Shown one piece after another: positions 1-16,465 of a stretch of 64,000 bases of DNA (position 1 is its first letter; every line of letters starts with the position of its first letter). Position numbers and translations under genes: made by a program. The notes beneath the pieces were generated by a model. It was given only the letters and a program-made list of their open reading frames with translations. It did not search any database and was not told the origin of the DNA. The stretch comes from Blasia pusilla (lineage: Eukaryota): positions 14,012,001 through 14,076,000 of the forward strand of contig CM114271.1 in assembly GCA_050084515.1 (NCBI GenBank), given 5' to 3'.

Positions 1-403
1 TCTCTCCCAGCGTTTTCTTTAGTGCAGATTGAAGTAAGTGGGTTGCTGTGTGGTGGGCCTGCCATTGAGCATGTTCAGAAAACAGTATTATCCACTATGT
101 AATCTACTTTATGTGAGTGTGTCCAACTTTTCCAAGGCCTTGAGAAAAAGTTGTTCGAGCCCGGTAGCATGCCTATGGAGAAACACGACCATCCCTAATT
201 CATAAACTCAACTCTAAACCTCCCCCACCTCTAGTCTACAAGTGCGTATTTTCTTCGTCTTTTTGGGTCACAACTAGAACCAGTTGAATAACAAGATCAA
301 CAGGACCTTCAACCTGCTATCCACATCGCCAGGTGGAACAGATACAAGAGGCAACCATCAAAAGTGTGCTGCAATTCAATTCAGGGTGCACAAAATGACC
401 TAC

Positions 404-3597
<3,194 letters not shown>

Positions 3598-4601
3598 TGC
3601 CGACACCAATTCACCAAACCCCCAGTCAACACATTAGCCTCGATCAATCCTACAAAACCCGAACCTCCAGCTCCAGCACACCCAGTTACCGGTCCGTCCA
3701 ATCAACCTACACACAACTCCCGCAATTCCAACGCCTCTCACCCGCCTAAGATGTGCATACAATCGCCGGCATTACCTATACCCGAAAACTCAGCTCCAGC
3801 TCATTTGTAAAACCCTCACGCCGCTCTCGCCGTACCCTACGCCTCCAGGAAGGAAACAACACCTAAAGTAGCACCACCGGTGAATGGAGCACTCCCACTC
3901 ACTCAATCCCGACCGGCCGCCGACCGACTGTACACACCTGAACTGCTGCAACGCACAGCGATCAGATTCGATGGCGCTTGAAGCCCAAGAATGCCCACGC
4001 TCCTTCGCTTCCCGAATCTGCCCCCAAACTGCAGGGTGGAGTGGAGCGAGTGCAAAACCGTGGAACTCGTCGCCCTCAGGAAGCAAGCCCCGTGCGACAT
4101 CGAATGCCTCTATGTCTCTCTCTCGCAGAGACAAGAGGGTGGCGCGAGCTTCCGAGAGAGAGGGGCGGGCGGAGCAGCGCAACTGTACTGAGGTAGCGAT
4201 GCGCCTATCTTCTGTCGCCTGCGAAGCCGTAGCGCCGGCGGAAACGTGCCGTCGGGAGGGCTGCGGGAGGCCGGTGATTGGGAGCTGCAAGTGACTGAGC
4301 GTCCCGGCGGGAGGGAGGGGCAACCGGCCGGGATAGTGTGGATTGGGACACGTCGCCTTTCCTTAACCATACCTTCTTTCGGCCAGTTCCGAATGCCGGG
4401 CCGGGCGCCGGAACATGACTCGCTGCTGCTCTCGCTTCGTCTGGGCTGAATTCTCCACCCGACCCGTGATACCAGCCCCATTAGTCATTTCATTCTTCTT
4501 TCTAATTCATTTGTGCATGGGAGAGTGTATGTATTTTGACGAGTTTTGGGAGAAAATGAGTATTATGTGAAAAAATTTAACTGGTATTATTTCAAGTGAG
4601 A

Positions 4602-7600
4602 CTAGTAAGGTGTCCATGTGATGCACGGGTAAGGTGGTAAAGGTTGTGGATATTTTCTTCGACATACCCACGGATATGTATGGTGGGATGCTAGTAGGGT
4701 GATTTGTTTGCAATCATAAGAGAATTAAAAGATGTTAATATCAAGCATGTCATTGCTCTTGCCTCTCATTTGCATCCTACTTATGCAAAAACTACTCACG
4801 TTCTTGTAATATTATTGCAAATTTATTTCATCCAAGTATTTTTTTATATACCACATTTCGTATGTAGTCATCTTCCTTATTTGAATGTTCATCGCTTCCA
4901 ACGGTGATGTGGATGGAACTTCTCTTCCCTACTCTAGATAATGCTACATACAATTGACCATGAGAAAATACATGAGTAAACAAGTAAATGCCAACCTTTT
5001 GCAAAGTTTGACCTTGAGACTTCATAATAGTCACAGCAAAAGTTGGGCGAATATTGAATTGGAACCTACGTAAATCGAATGGCAAACTAGAATCCGATGC
5101 AATCAATGAGATACGTGGAATACAAACTCGATCTCCAAAATTCTTCCCTATGATGATTTCAACATCTATGCAATGTTGCATAATTCCATGAATCACCAAT
5201 CTCGTCCCGTTTGATTGTCCTTTTGACCCATCCATGTTTCGTAAGAGCATGATTGGTGCACCAATCTTCAAATTTAAACGATGCAGAGGTAGTCCAAAAG
5301 GCAAGCATGCGTTCAAAAATTCCGTTGGATAGAGATGACTCATCACCTCATTGGGATAGAGTCGACGTTGAGGTAAATATGCTCCTATACACAATGTGTA
5401 ATGAATTCCTGAGAAAAAAATAATATGTCAATACATACATATATGTCTCCTTGAAATATGTTGTGGAATTGGTGTATTTTTCAGAATACCTAGCGGTTAC
5501 CTCTCCGCATCCAATAATGATCCACAAGCACTCGCCATATACATACCACACCACAAAACTATTGATTAAGCTTAACCATGGATTATTAAAAAATAAAAGT
5601 AAGGGTTCACATTTAATAAGTAAAACTTCTTGAATTCGCCGACTTATAACAGTAGGAGGCCGGACCAATCGGAGGAAGACATACAAAGAAACTCATAAAA
5701 AAGGAGAAAAGTAACCTATCTACGCATGAAATAAAAAGAGACAAAAAAAGAAAAAAAATCTTGTGCCATATTTTAAAAAATTGAGGTTAACTTAGGGATA
5801 CACTCAATAATCCACAAAACAAAGGGCGGACGTAGTAACCACACATTTAGACAGAGTGATTGTCAACAAAGTTTTCATTTCCAACCAAGCTTTACAGTCA
5901 AGTCGATCTTTCTATTCTACTTTACCCAATCTATAGATGGGGAATCTCTTAGGTTCCTAGTTTTGTTAGAGCGCAATCTGAATGCTTATTACTACACCTC
6001 AACACTTTTGCCCTTTATGAACTATTTTAGTCCCATTTTTTTGTGGGTTAGAACTAATGAGGTTCAGGTGGACTGGTTACCTCCTCTGAGAAGGTGAGCC
6101 ACATTCTTGAACGTTGGGGAGAGGTGTTCTGAAATAGGTTTTTTGCAGTTGTTGTCTCCAATGTACATTGTCTTTTGTTGCAGGGCTGCCTTATGTAATA
6201 CTTGGGGCTCCTTTCAACTTCAATTTGAACATCTTTCTCCAACCCCTCAATAGGGTTAGGAAAATATCCATTGAGTGATAATGGAGGCTCTCGTGCGAAT
6301 AAACATCACTGCCAACATACATCGGTTGTCATGCACACACATGTCTACGATCCATCTAGCTATGAATCCTAACATCTCTACACATGAACGACTAGACAAC
6401 CCTAAAATTGAATATGCACTGTAAACTCTGATGAAATCTGCAATCAACCGTGCTTCATCCAAACAGCCAGACTCATGAATCGGATACACATTGTTGTGAC
6501 AGTAAGAGCAAGTGTACATAAGGACTCCCAAAATAAGTGTGATCTTCCTTAATGATCGCTCCTAGCCCACTCTTCAAGAGAGAATCCAGGCTCAATACAT
6601 GCAAGTTGCACATAACACGGATCCCAACACTGGTCTACAATCCTAAGGAGATGAGCTCCAAATGAGCTTCATCCGAGGTATACCCCTGTGGGCACCTCCA
6701 TGGATGACCTATACACACATGTCACCTTCCTCCTAGCAGGTCATAACTAATGTTGGGAGATATGGTTGCAAAGAGAATGTGGAGCTGGCCCATGTGCAAG
6801 AAACAAAAGGTGACTAAACCGGGGCAAAATTGGAGTTGGAGTTGAACCTCGAGTACTTCCAAACCGGGAGTTTGTAAGGACTTGGTCAAATTAGGAGTGC
6901 TACTCCACCTGAAGGGGAACGTAGAGGAACAGTCAATAGGGAGCGTTGGAGATAGGAGGGGGCACGATCAGTCTGGTCTCTTGGCGACTCGTGCCTCTTG
7001 GCCGGAGGAACATTGAGTCTGCGAGTTGTTAGAGACTCCTAAACTTATTAGAAATCTGAAGCTCACAAACCACATAGATTGTTAGAGTACATTGATCATA
7101 TGCCTAGCACAATTGTATCATACACAAATAGGGCTTTGTTACTCTTGAGAACAAAGTTGTAATAATTTGGACTCATGAATAAAGCTCACTATCAACTTGC
7201 AATGTAAAGAATTGGTGGAAGTAAATGGTTAAATGAGTGAGTATGTGCGCACTATATCTAAATACAGTCGGCTCTACTCAGTTCCCGAGAGTACGATAAT
7301 CCTAAAAACTGTTTCACAACTCTTTGGGAGGGAAAGGACCTTGTCATCGATGAATCTAACATATTATAATCATAATTGTCATCATGAGAAAATTTAAAAG
7401 TAAAAAAAAACATTTTGAAGTACATCGATGGCTATAAATGCCCCACTCAAAAAACCCTAAAGGGATCGACAAACAACTATAATGTTGTACTATTATCCAA
7501 AATCAAAAAAGAATTTTATTAGCCGAAATCTCCACATGGCTCAAGGAGAGATGTTTGCATAGGCGAGAAGGCACTCTCCCATAATAGTATAGAGGTCTTG

Positions 7601-7849
7601 GCCACTAGAATCCATCCATTTTTGTCCTCCATGAGACATAGGGAATCCTCTCTCAACATAATATTAGTGTAATTTTTGTGCTATGCACGGGTGAAAACAC
7701 ACGTGAGGAAAGACATCTTGTTAATTGAGCTCATCTTGTTAATTTAGCTCTTACATTACACGTGTCATCGGAGGAGGAGGGCAAAAAGTACATGTGTCAA
7801 CACAGGAGCAAAGGGTCCTCAAACCCCTATCCTCTTTTAATTATATAGA
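4602..7849 (-). mobile_element. Non-autonomous Helitron carrying a PIF1-helicase remnant
   Basis: The minus-strand 5' end is A|TCTATATAATTAAAAG at 7849. The 3' end is an imperfect hairpin CCCGTGCATCACATGG followed by CTAG|T at 4602, giving an A^T target. It contains a helicase fragment. Confidence 0.7.
4828..5394 (-). pseudogene. Helitron RepHel PIF1-type helicase, C-terminal fragment
   Basis: PLHRLNLKIGAPIMLLRNMD..G..NGTRL, RFQFNIRPTFAVTIMKSQGQTL and FSHGQLYVALSRV are the typical PIF1/Helitron C-terminal motifs. Confidence 0.9.
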
Positions 7850-8579
7850 TGGGGTTATTCCATTTTCCTAATTTTTGTGAATTATCTATCCATCAAACTC
7901 ATTGAAAATATTTATCATAACGGCGATTACAAGTAGGCTCATTTTAGATGGCAGCGTATATTGCCTCTATCTCTAATTTCTCTTAGCCCACTCCCATGGT
8001 GAATGGTAGTAGAGCATGCCATATGACTCCAGTATCAAACATAATATCAAACACATCCCCACGAAAGAGTAAGAACTTCCATTTAGTCGAAAGCCTATGT
8101 CAAATATTAAGGGTTCCAAATTCCCACAACATAGAAGTTAGGGCATCAAGAAATAGTCTTTTCTCGTTCATATTCACATGAAACTTGTGACAATTCAACA
8201 AGCTTATTCTCATTTCTTCTCGCTCTCTTGTATGTTTGATCAAATTTTTTATGCTTTCAAGAGTATGGTGTATATTTGAGTCAATCAAGAGATCGTTGCA
8301 ATTACATTCATTGTCATTATAGATTTAATCGATATTCTTTTGGCATGTTTTATTGAAGGGGTATTTTTTGGTGAAGAAGAATCAGAGTATCTTTTGTTGA
8401 GTGCAATGGAGAACAATATTGACGAAAATCATGTGCTCTTCATGTTCTACTACATGGTTTCCAAGTGGCAGTGAAGTAAATCGTTGACAAGAGAGAAGGG
8501 TCAAAAAGATTTTTGGGTCATACCAAGGCAATTCCCATGGTGGGAGATAATTCACAAGAAGGTATGGACTTATAATGAA

Positions 8580-9106
8580 GATTTTCTCTATACTCATATG
8601 AGGCAGTGATATAGAATGTCCTATGATAGTTTCCAAACAGTAATGGATGAGAGTGAACCTTTCATGCCAACTATATCCTAGTGGGAGAGAGCAAGAAAGT
8701 GAGTTGAATTAGCTAAATGTGTTGCAAAAGTCATTTATTGATTGGCCCATAATCCACAAGTAAGACTACCAAACAATTTGTACGGTATTGGTGAGTCTAC
8801 TAGTGTCAAATATTTTTCCATTATAATTAACTCTCACTAATGAACGTAAACTATACTTTAAATATGTGAGATGGCTAGATATGAATGAAATGAAATGAAA
8901 AATGAAAAAATATCAACATATATATGGCATTGCACAAATCACAGGAGCCATTGATGGGTCTTACATCAAGCATGTAGTTAAACCTACCATGAAATTCTTT
9001 CTCGAGCACTCTAGGAGCCGCCATTTTGACTATTCTATGCTTCTCCAAGGGGTTTGTAATGTCGATCTAAAATTTGGGATCTATGTTGTATCATATTTAG
9101 CTCCAC
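8580..9106 (+). pseudogene. PIF/Harbinger (DDE_Tnp_4-like) transposase fragment, cut off by the retroelement at 9107
   Basis: GIAQITGAIDGSYIK...YSMLLQGVCNVDLKF resembles the HARBI1-like GAIDGxHI / SxxLQxVCD motifs. The upstream part is degraded and the start is approximate. Confidence 0.7.
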
Positions 9107-9490
9107 TGTCACGTATGTTAGGATAGATCAACGAGATCTAGTAGAACACCCTTGAAGATACCGGAGGACAACCTCATGAGTATGAGGATGACATGCTAAG
9201 GCCATGGGTAATCTCAGAGAGCAGGTTTTCCCTTCGTTTGGGCTTATTTGGAGCTATATAGAGAAACTTACCTGAAATACTAAGTTTCTATATTGAGTAT
9301 AGTTGACTGTCCACTTTGGGAAGTGGCCCTTGACCCGCTACAACACGTCAAGAGCCAAGGAGATGACTTGCAAGCATAGGTTACCGTGGAGAGAGCTTGG
9401 GAGAGGGAAGGGGATATACTTCCAAGAGAAAAAGCTTAAGAGCTCATTCTCTCTTTGTTGAACCTCTTGGCATGAGGCGGCGAGCTCTAG
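9107..9490 (+). repeat. Truncated A terminal repeat of the DNMT-retroelement family, interrupted by a second A copy
   Basis: Starts TGTCACGTATGTTAGGATAGATC and matches the A repeats at 16758 and 43169. Confidence 0.8.
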
Positions 9491-12312
9491 TGTCACGTCT
9501 ATTAGGATAGATCGACAAGATCTAGTAGAGCATCTTCAAAGATACTAGAGAAGAGCCTCATGAGGTAGAGGATGACCTGTTGAGGCCATGCGTAACTTGA
9601 GAGAGTAGGTGTAGGTTTCCTCTTTGTTTTTGCTCATTTGGAGCCATATTTAGGAACGTACTATTTTGGGTAAGTTTATGTTTTTTGTGAAGTTAGCTTT
9701 CCACTTTGGGAAGTGGCCCTTGATCCGCTTAAGCACGTCAAGAGCCAAGGAGGTGGCCTACGAGCATAGATTACTGTAAAGAGGGCTTGGGAGAGGGAAG
9801 GGGATATACCTCCAAGAGAGAGAGCTTGAGAGCTCATTCTCTCTTTGTTAAACATCTTGACGAGAGGCGACGAAGCTATGGTCCTTATTGCCTTGTGTGT
9901 GTAACCCAAGCCTCTCATTAGGAGAGTGGGTTTGGTTTGACATGAGAGAGAGTGCACATCATGGAGAGCTTGGTGTGAGACCTTGTTGTTGTGATGGAGA
10001 GATTTGATCGATTTACAAAGAGAGATTGAAGGAGTGAGAGAGTTTCAATGGAGGAGCTTGTTGATTACTCATTTTTTTTGCAGGTTGGGGACCGTGTTCC
10101 CCGCTTCATGGCTGATGGGATTGCTCACAAGGGCAAGAGCCATGTAGTTTGTTGTTTTTCATTGTTGATTTTTCGTACGAAATAGTGGCGTGCGGAATCG
10201 CCGCCAAATTTACTTAGCCATTGAGTATGGGGGCGTATTTCCCCATGCCCGTGCTCTTTGGAGCATCCTATTGCCTTATGTTTTTTTGGGAGAAATGACC
10301 GCGGAAACGCTGCCAATTTTTTCGTAGGAGTGGTGATTGAAGGGATGCAGGATAGTCCCCGTCAGTTTTTATTGGAAGGTCAAATGAAGAAACCAATTTG
10401 ACGATGTTGTAAATTAAGAAGCTATGCATGTTGTGGAAGAGAAAATGCACGATATGAACATTTGAGCACAAAGTTGTGATAATTTTTGCGTGGCTGCCAT
10501 AGCCATCGCGTGAGGAAGGAGCAAATTTCAAAATTCTTGGTAACTTCTTAGTTAAGGTAGAAAAATTAAAAAATCTTTAGCTATTATGGGAAGGATAAGT
10601 GAAACTTAGGACCTTGAGGTTAAAGTGAGTGCAAATTCTATTTAGTGGATGTTGACCCAATATTTATGGGGCTTGATGGAGTAGAAGCCAAATGTGAATA
10701 ATTTTAGTAAGTTGACCCTTAGTTTAAGGAGCTAGTGGAGTGAAAAAAAACAAAAAACATGGTGGCTACGCTCTCCTCCACCATGTTGCGCTCAATGTTC
10801 TCGGCGGTCCTAAAAACATCTCTCTATGTAGGGGAGGTGTTCATAAGAAGCACCCCCCGCACCCGTGTCCGCAGGGTCCGGTCCAGCATCGCGTACCATG
10901 ATTGGATAGCCTGAGCCTCTATCACCCCCTGAGTGACGTTGATCAACCGGTGCAAGCGAGTGTAAGCCCCACACAAACTCTCACCTGGGCGCCTCTGGAA
11001 GTCGTGGATGCTCCGCAACTTCTCCGTCCGTACCCCCTGGTAGCTCGCCCTCAACTCAACAAAGAACTCAACCACAGGGTTGAACCTGGGACGAACCCGA
11101 CTAGACGGTGCAACTGCTCCCGTGCGAGTGACCCCTCCTAAAACATCACTAGTGGAAGAGGAAGTAGCTTCTCCTGACTCCTCCTCCTCCTCATCTGGGA
11201 ACGGCTCCGTCCATGACACATAATGTGGGTCATAGTAGAGCTTCCACGCCTCGATCTCACGTGCAAATCTATGAGAGAACTCATGGTAATCGTCCATGGG
11301 CGCCCCTATAAATCTTTGGAACATACCGTTGAACTCTCTAGAGTTCCTAGTTGGGAGTCGCACCAACTCCTAAACTATGCTATGAAATCGTGCAACTCAA
11401 TCATGCCTATTGCACTGAAAACCACGCGGTCCTCTACCCCGATCGTCCATCTAAATGACGCCCATCTGGTAGGACCACTCACAATGTGTGGCGATGTGCT
11501 CACAAACTCCTCATTCCAAAATCAAACATTCAGAAAAAACTAACAGGGTGTCGTAAAGCCCAATGTCTCTTTCTCCACACAAAATTTGGCGCTTTCGCTG
11601 ATTTCTCCCTAACGAAAAGTTTTTGTAGCTTGCTGATTTGTATTTTTAGAGGTTTTACATTTTCGTTGGGAGAAATCACTTAAAGCGCTGCCCAATTTTG
11701 CACGCGTGTTCTGCACAAGTAGTGGAGGACATGCCTAGGAGGTCGAGGATGTCGTGCATACATTGTGCTAGATCCCACCGATCTATCCTAATAGTCTTGA
11801 CACGATAGAGACAGATGCAGAGTCCTACAACGTCTTGGTTGGTGGACCAGTGTTATACCCGATGGGGTTTTCCCTGGATTAGTGGCAGGAGTGATCGTCC
11901 TACGGACCAAGATGGCACTCATGTGATGGGCACCTTAGCTCATTTGTTGTTCGATTCACAGGTGTAGTGATCGAGCGATGGCCAAGAGAGATGGCGACCT
12001 TAGCAGCATTTAGTAGTGCGATCACTTGGCCTAGTGATTTGATTGAAGGACATGTCCATGCAGAGGATAATCTTGTTCTTGACGTTTCTATGGATAGGAG
12101 TGTAATGGTAGTCGCATCAGTCCGTGGAAGAGAGGTGCCGTTTTGGGGCTCGACTGAGGAGCTTCGATGCGAAGCCATTGAGCATGTGCAAACCGCGTGG
12201 AGCATGAGGTTTGCACCAGAGTGTGACGGGTCAGAAGAATCCCAAATAGCCGAGTCTTTGCTATGACCCCTTGGACCCCACCCTGATTGTGTGGTGCATT
12301 CCTGAGGAGGAT

Positions 12313-13250
12313 ATTCGGGTGTTGGATCTCTTTGGAGGGATCAGCACTGGGTTAGCTTCTGTTTTGCACGCTGGAGTGCGCGTGCAGTAGTACCTCTATG
12401 TGGAGATTGATGATGTTATGAGGTGCACTTCACTTCACCATATGGCGTTGTTACGCCTATGTTTTCCCGACTTGTTGTATGCGTCCGCCATTCAGATTAC
12501 CGAGTTCCCTACCGAGGAACATTTCATTGTTGGGGTGCAGGACTTTAGCGGGTAGGGACCATAGACTTGGTGATTGCTATTTGGCAGTGTAAGGGCCAAT
12601 CGAGTGCTAGACGAGGTATCGGATTAGCTGACACTTGGTCCATGTTGTTTTGGGAGATGATGCGGATCTTGCAATATTTACAAGAGCATCAACCTCGTTC
12701 TCCATCATACATTTTGGAGAATGTGCCGATGTTGGGGGATTTGAGGTCCCATGTGGTGACAAATGCACATCAGGTGCGCGCATGGATCGGCCCGGCAATG
12801 TTGTTAGATGCGGCGAGTGTAGCTTCTAGAGCACACGGCCCGTATCTTTGGTGGACTTACTTGGTACCACATGAGGTTTTTGGACGGCGTATGCAAGAGT
12901 GGAGCGTCCCTCCGATTGGTTGGTGGCTTCTATTTTGGATCCGGCCGTCAATCACGAGCGGTGAGGCACGATGATCGACCGCCGTTGATTGTGGTCACAG
13001 ATTGGCATGCCATGAGCGCCTTTCCCACATTGGTGAGTTTTCCGCTTCCTATGCATTCAAGAAGGCCGGACCTAGGTTGGTTAGGGATGACCAGGTACAA
13101 AGGTTGGTGGAGCCCAACGCCAATGAGCGAGAGCGAGCAATGGGATTCCCACAGGAGTGACGGAAGTAACGTCACTATCGAGGCATCACGATGTTATGTC
13201 TTGGGTTAGGCGATGGACCTAAATTGGTTGACATGGATTTTCAGCTTAGG
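12313..13250 (+). pseudogene. C5 cytosine DNA methyltransferase domain (DNMT3-like) in copy A pol
   Basis: IRVLDLFGGISTG (I), YVEIDD (II), IDLVIAIWQCKGQS (degenerate IV), YILENV (VI), AHGPYLWWTYL (VIII), EPNANERERAMGFP (IX), VLG*AMDLNWL (X). Contains stops and frameshifts. Confidence 0.85.
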
Positions 13251-13739
13251 AGTAGCTAAGCGTCGTTTGAGGATGCGACAAATCACAAAAGTTACGTTGG
13301 TGAGCCCCATGCCTACCAAGACGGTTGAGGCAAGGTGGGGCAAGACCCAGCGACATCGACACACCAGAGTGATCGGGAGAGACACCCTTGGACTTCTTAG
13401 GATGTTTTGCGAGTACGCCAGAGATGATAGCCACAAAGATCGGCGTGGTTCCGGGGACTACACGTGGAGATGAAAGATCTATTGTCCGAGACGGGGTTGC
13501 ACCATAGCAACCATCGACATCCGCACCGGAGAGTCCTACCGTAGTCACGATGGAGACTTGGGAGGGAGATATGGGCCCTAAGTTGACATGAGGAGAGCGA
13601 CGTTGGATACACCAGTTTCTTAGGAGTTATAAGAGTTGTTTTGCATTTAGTATGCATGATTTGGGTACGCTGAAGGGTCTAGGGATCCGCATTGAGTTGC
13701 CAAGTGACATGCTCATCGTACGATGACCCTACAAGTACA

Positions 13740-16465
13740 GTGACATGGAGAGGGCTCTGATTCAAAGTAGGAGCCAGGACTTGGTTGGAGCAAGACTAGT
13801 GGAGGTGTCGCATGGAGAGTATGCATCTACCATTGTCATACCCGCCAAGAAGGATGTGCATGGCAGCTGGATGAATAGGCGGATATGTGGAGATAACCGA
13901 CCTATCAATCGGTAGACAAATTCCGATAGGTATGCCATGCCCATCCTTGAGGAGATCTTTGATGCGATTGGGCATGCAAAGGTCTTCAATTCATTGGATT
14001 TGTGAGTCGGATACCATCAAGCGCCTATCAGATTGGAGGGAGGCAAAGACGGCATTTTGGGGCATCCATCCTCACGGGAAGGATTGTTTGTACTAGTGGC
14101 GGTTCTTACCATTCGGGTTAAAGAACGTCCCGGTTGAGTTTGAGAGGGTCATGGATAGGATCTTGGCAGGTCTGGATTTTGCTAGGTGTTATATTCATGA
14201 CATCATAGTCTTGAGCACCACGGTTGAGGAGCATGAGCAACATTTAGAGAAGGTGTTTCGACGATTGCAGTAACATGGGCTGAAGCTACATCCAGGCAAG
14301 TGCAAGTTCTTCTATGACCAGATTGAGTACTTGAGTCATATGATATATCCAAGGGGCCTTGGTGTGCAACATACGAAGGTAGAGGCTATTTCACGCATTC
14401 CACGCCCTACAAATATGAGTCTAGTTTGTGCATTCATGGGATTGGCGAACTTCTATCGATGATACGTCAAGGGTTTCAGTTTGATTGTGAAGCCACGCAC
14501 CTTGATGACCAAGGTGGATCAGGAGTGGCATTGGGAGGGATGAGCAAGAGAGAGCATTAGAGATGCTCAAGGACATACTGACGTCCACGCCCATATTGAG
14601 GAGACCGATCAGGGGGGCATCCTTTCGAGTTGCATACCAATTGGAGCATGTTGGGGCTTGGAGCTATGCTCACCCAGCATGACGATGATGGTAGAGAGTT
14701 CGTGGTGGCTTATGCTAGTCGCTCAAACAACGCTGCAGAGGTGAAGTATAGCTCGTATGAGGTGAGTGCTTGGCTGTAGTGTGGGCTGTCGCACATTTCA
14801 GATCTTATCGATTCGGAAATCCTTTTACCATTATTAATGATCATCAACAACTTAAGTGGTTGATGGAGTCTGACAAGCTTACAGGGAAGCTTGCAAGGTT
14901 GGCTCTTTTGTTGCAAGAGTATGACTTCTACATGGTGCATAGATCTGGGACGCTCAACCCGGATGCAGATGGTTTGAGCCGTAATCCATGCGTGAGTCAG
15001 CAAGATGTGACTAGAGCTCGTTGGCATGGTGAGAGTGATGAGGAGTTGGTGCTAGGATGGCATGCGTCAGCCTATTTGGGCTTATTGGTTATGGAGAGTC
15101 ATATTTCTGAGACTTCGATGGCGAGGTCTGATGGAGAGTCCTTAGATATAGAGGCATGTGAGGAGACGACAAGTAGTCGAGAGATTCACGACGATGGAGT
15201 GCTCTTGGAGTATTTGCGTACTGCCAGCGTCGCGAGCATAATAGGTGTTAGAGTGCGGGATCGGATCCTACAGAGAGCCACTTGGTTCTAGTGGGAGGGC
15301 ACACATGTGTTGCGAGTGTGGAATGATGGTAGAGTGTATGTAGTGCCTCATCCTTTGCAAAGAGCACGTTTGGTGCGTCATACTCATGAGGAGTTGGGTC
15401 ATTTTGGAGTCAAGCGGACGTACAGCTTCCTCCAAATTCAACATTGGTGGCGAGGCATGCAGATTGACGTTCAACAATTTGTTTCCAACTGCATGGTGTG
15501 TGATTGAGTCCGAGCATCGTTCAATGCTCTGACTCCACAGTTGCATCCACTTCCGATCATGGGTTTAGGTTATAGATGGAGTTTGGATTTTGGGAGACCT
15601 TTGCCTTTGACAAAGCGCCATAGTCGTTATGTGTTGGTGATGGTCGAGCACTTCTTGAAGTGGATAGAGTTGGTTGCATTGCCTGACAAAGCGAATGAGG
15701 GAATAGCGTATGCTATCCTAGATTGAGTGCTGAATCATTACGGCGTGCTAGCTAAGGTGTTGACAGACCAGGGTACACAGTTTTGGGGGGAGTTTCAAGC
15801 CTTGTGTGATCAGACACTAATCGACCACCGTACTACTTCGCAAGATCATCCTGAGGCGGATGGACTAGCAGAGCGGATTGTGCATACGGTCAAGAGAGGA
15901 CTACGCAAGTATGGCTTGCAGAAAGGTCACATAGGAGATTGGGACCTTCAGTTTCGGTGGTTGGCAATGGGATACAAATTCAGTAGGCAGGCATCCTTAG
16001 CGTCTTTCTCACCCTATTTGTTGCTTTGTGGCTGAGAGCTAGATTTACCTACGGCCATTCGCCAAGATGTTGGTGAGGTGTTGAACCTTGATGACCCTGA
16101 TGTATGGATGCGAGCATGTTCTCATAGGGATGAGTTGTTTCAGAGAGTGATGCCCATGGCGTTTGAGAACTTGGCGATTGCGCAACATCGAGATACGTTG
16201 AGGTATGCGACTATTAGAGGAGGTGGTTATTGACCTTCTATCCGGAGGTTTCATAAGGGAGACTATTTCTACTTGCGTGCAGACGGTACCCACGACATTG
16301 GATGTGACTGTAGGGTGCACCATCTTGAGAGTGCGTGAGGTTTTGCCATCCGGTGTTCTCTTATTGGAGGGATGCGATTGTATGGTTTGGAAGGACCATG
16401 TGCATAATTGTGCACCATATCATCTTCCAAACATTCACAATGGATGTGTCCCAGATGTACATAGA
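13740..16465 (+). pseudogene. Gypsy-type RT-RNaseH-integrase of copy A; most of the PHD is deleted
   Basis: YIHDIIV (decayed YxDD), DHQQLKWL...LARLALLLQEYDF, HEELGHFG...CMVC, WSLDFG, LTDQG, ADGLAER; ends WMCPRCT*. Confidence 0.9.

Noticed and set aside
3790-4481. Overlapping GC-rich ORFs as an independent gene
   Set aside because: More likely the 5' UTR or transit-peptide exon of AlaRS; I could not fix a start codon and frame.
12313-13250. Host DNMT3 gene, or bacterial restriction-modification MTase from contamination or HGT
   Set aside because: It is intronless, sits at the same pol position in three element copies, and has no cognate nuclease or bacterial neighbours.
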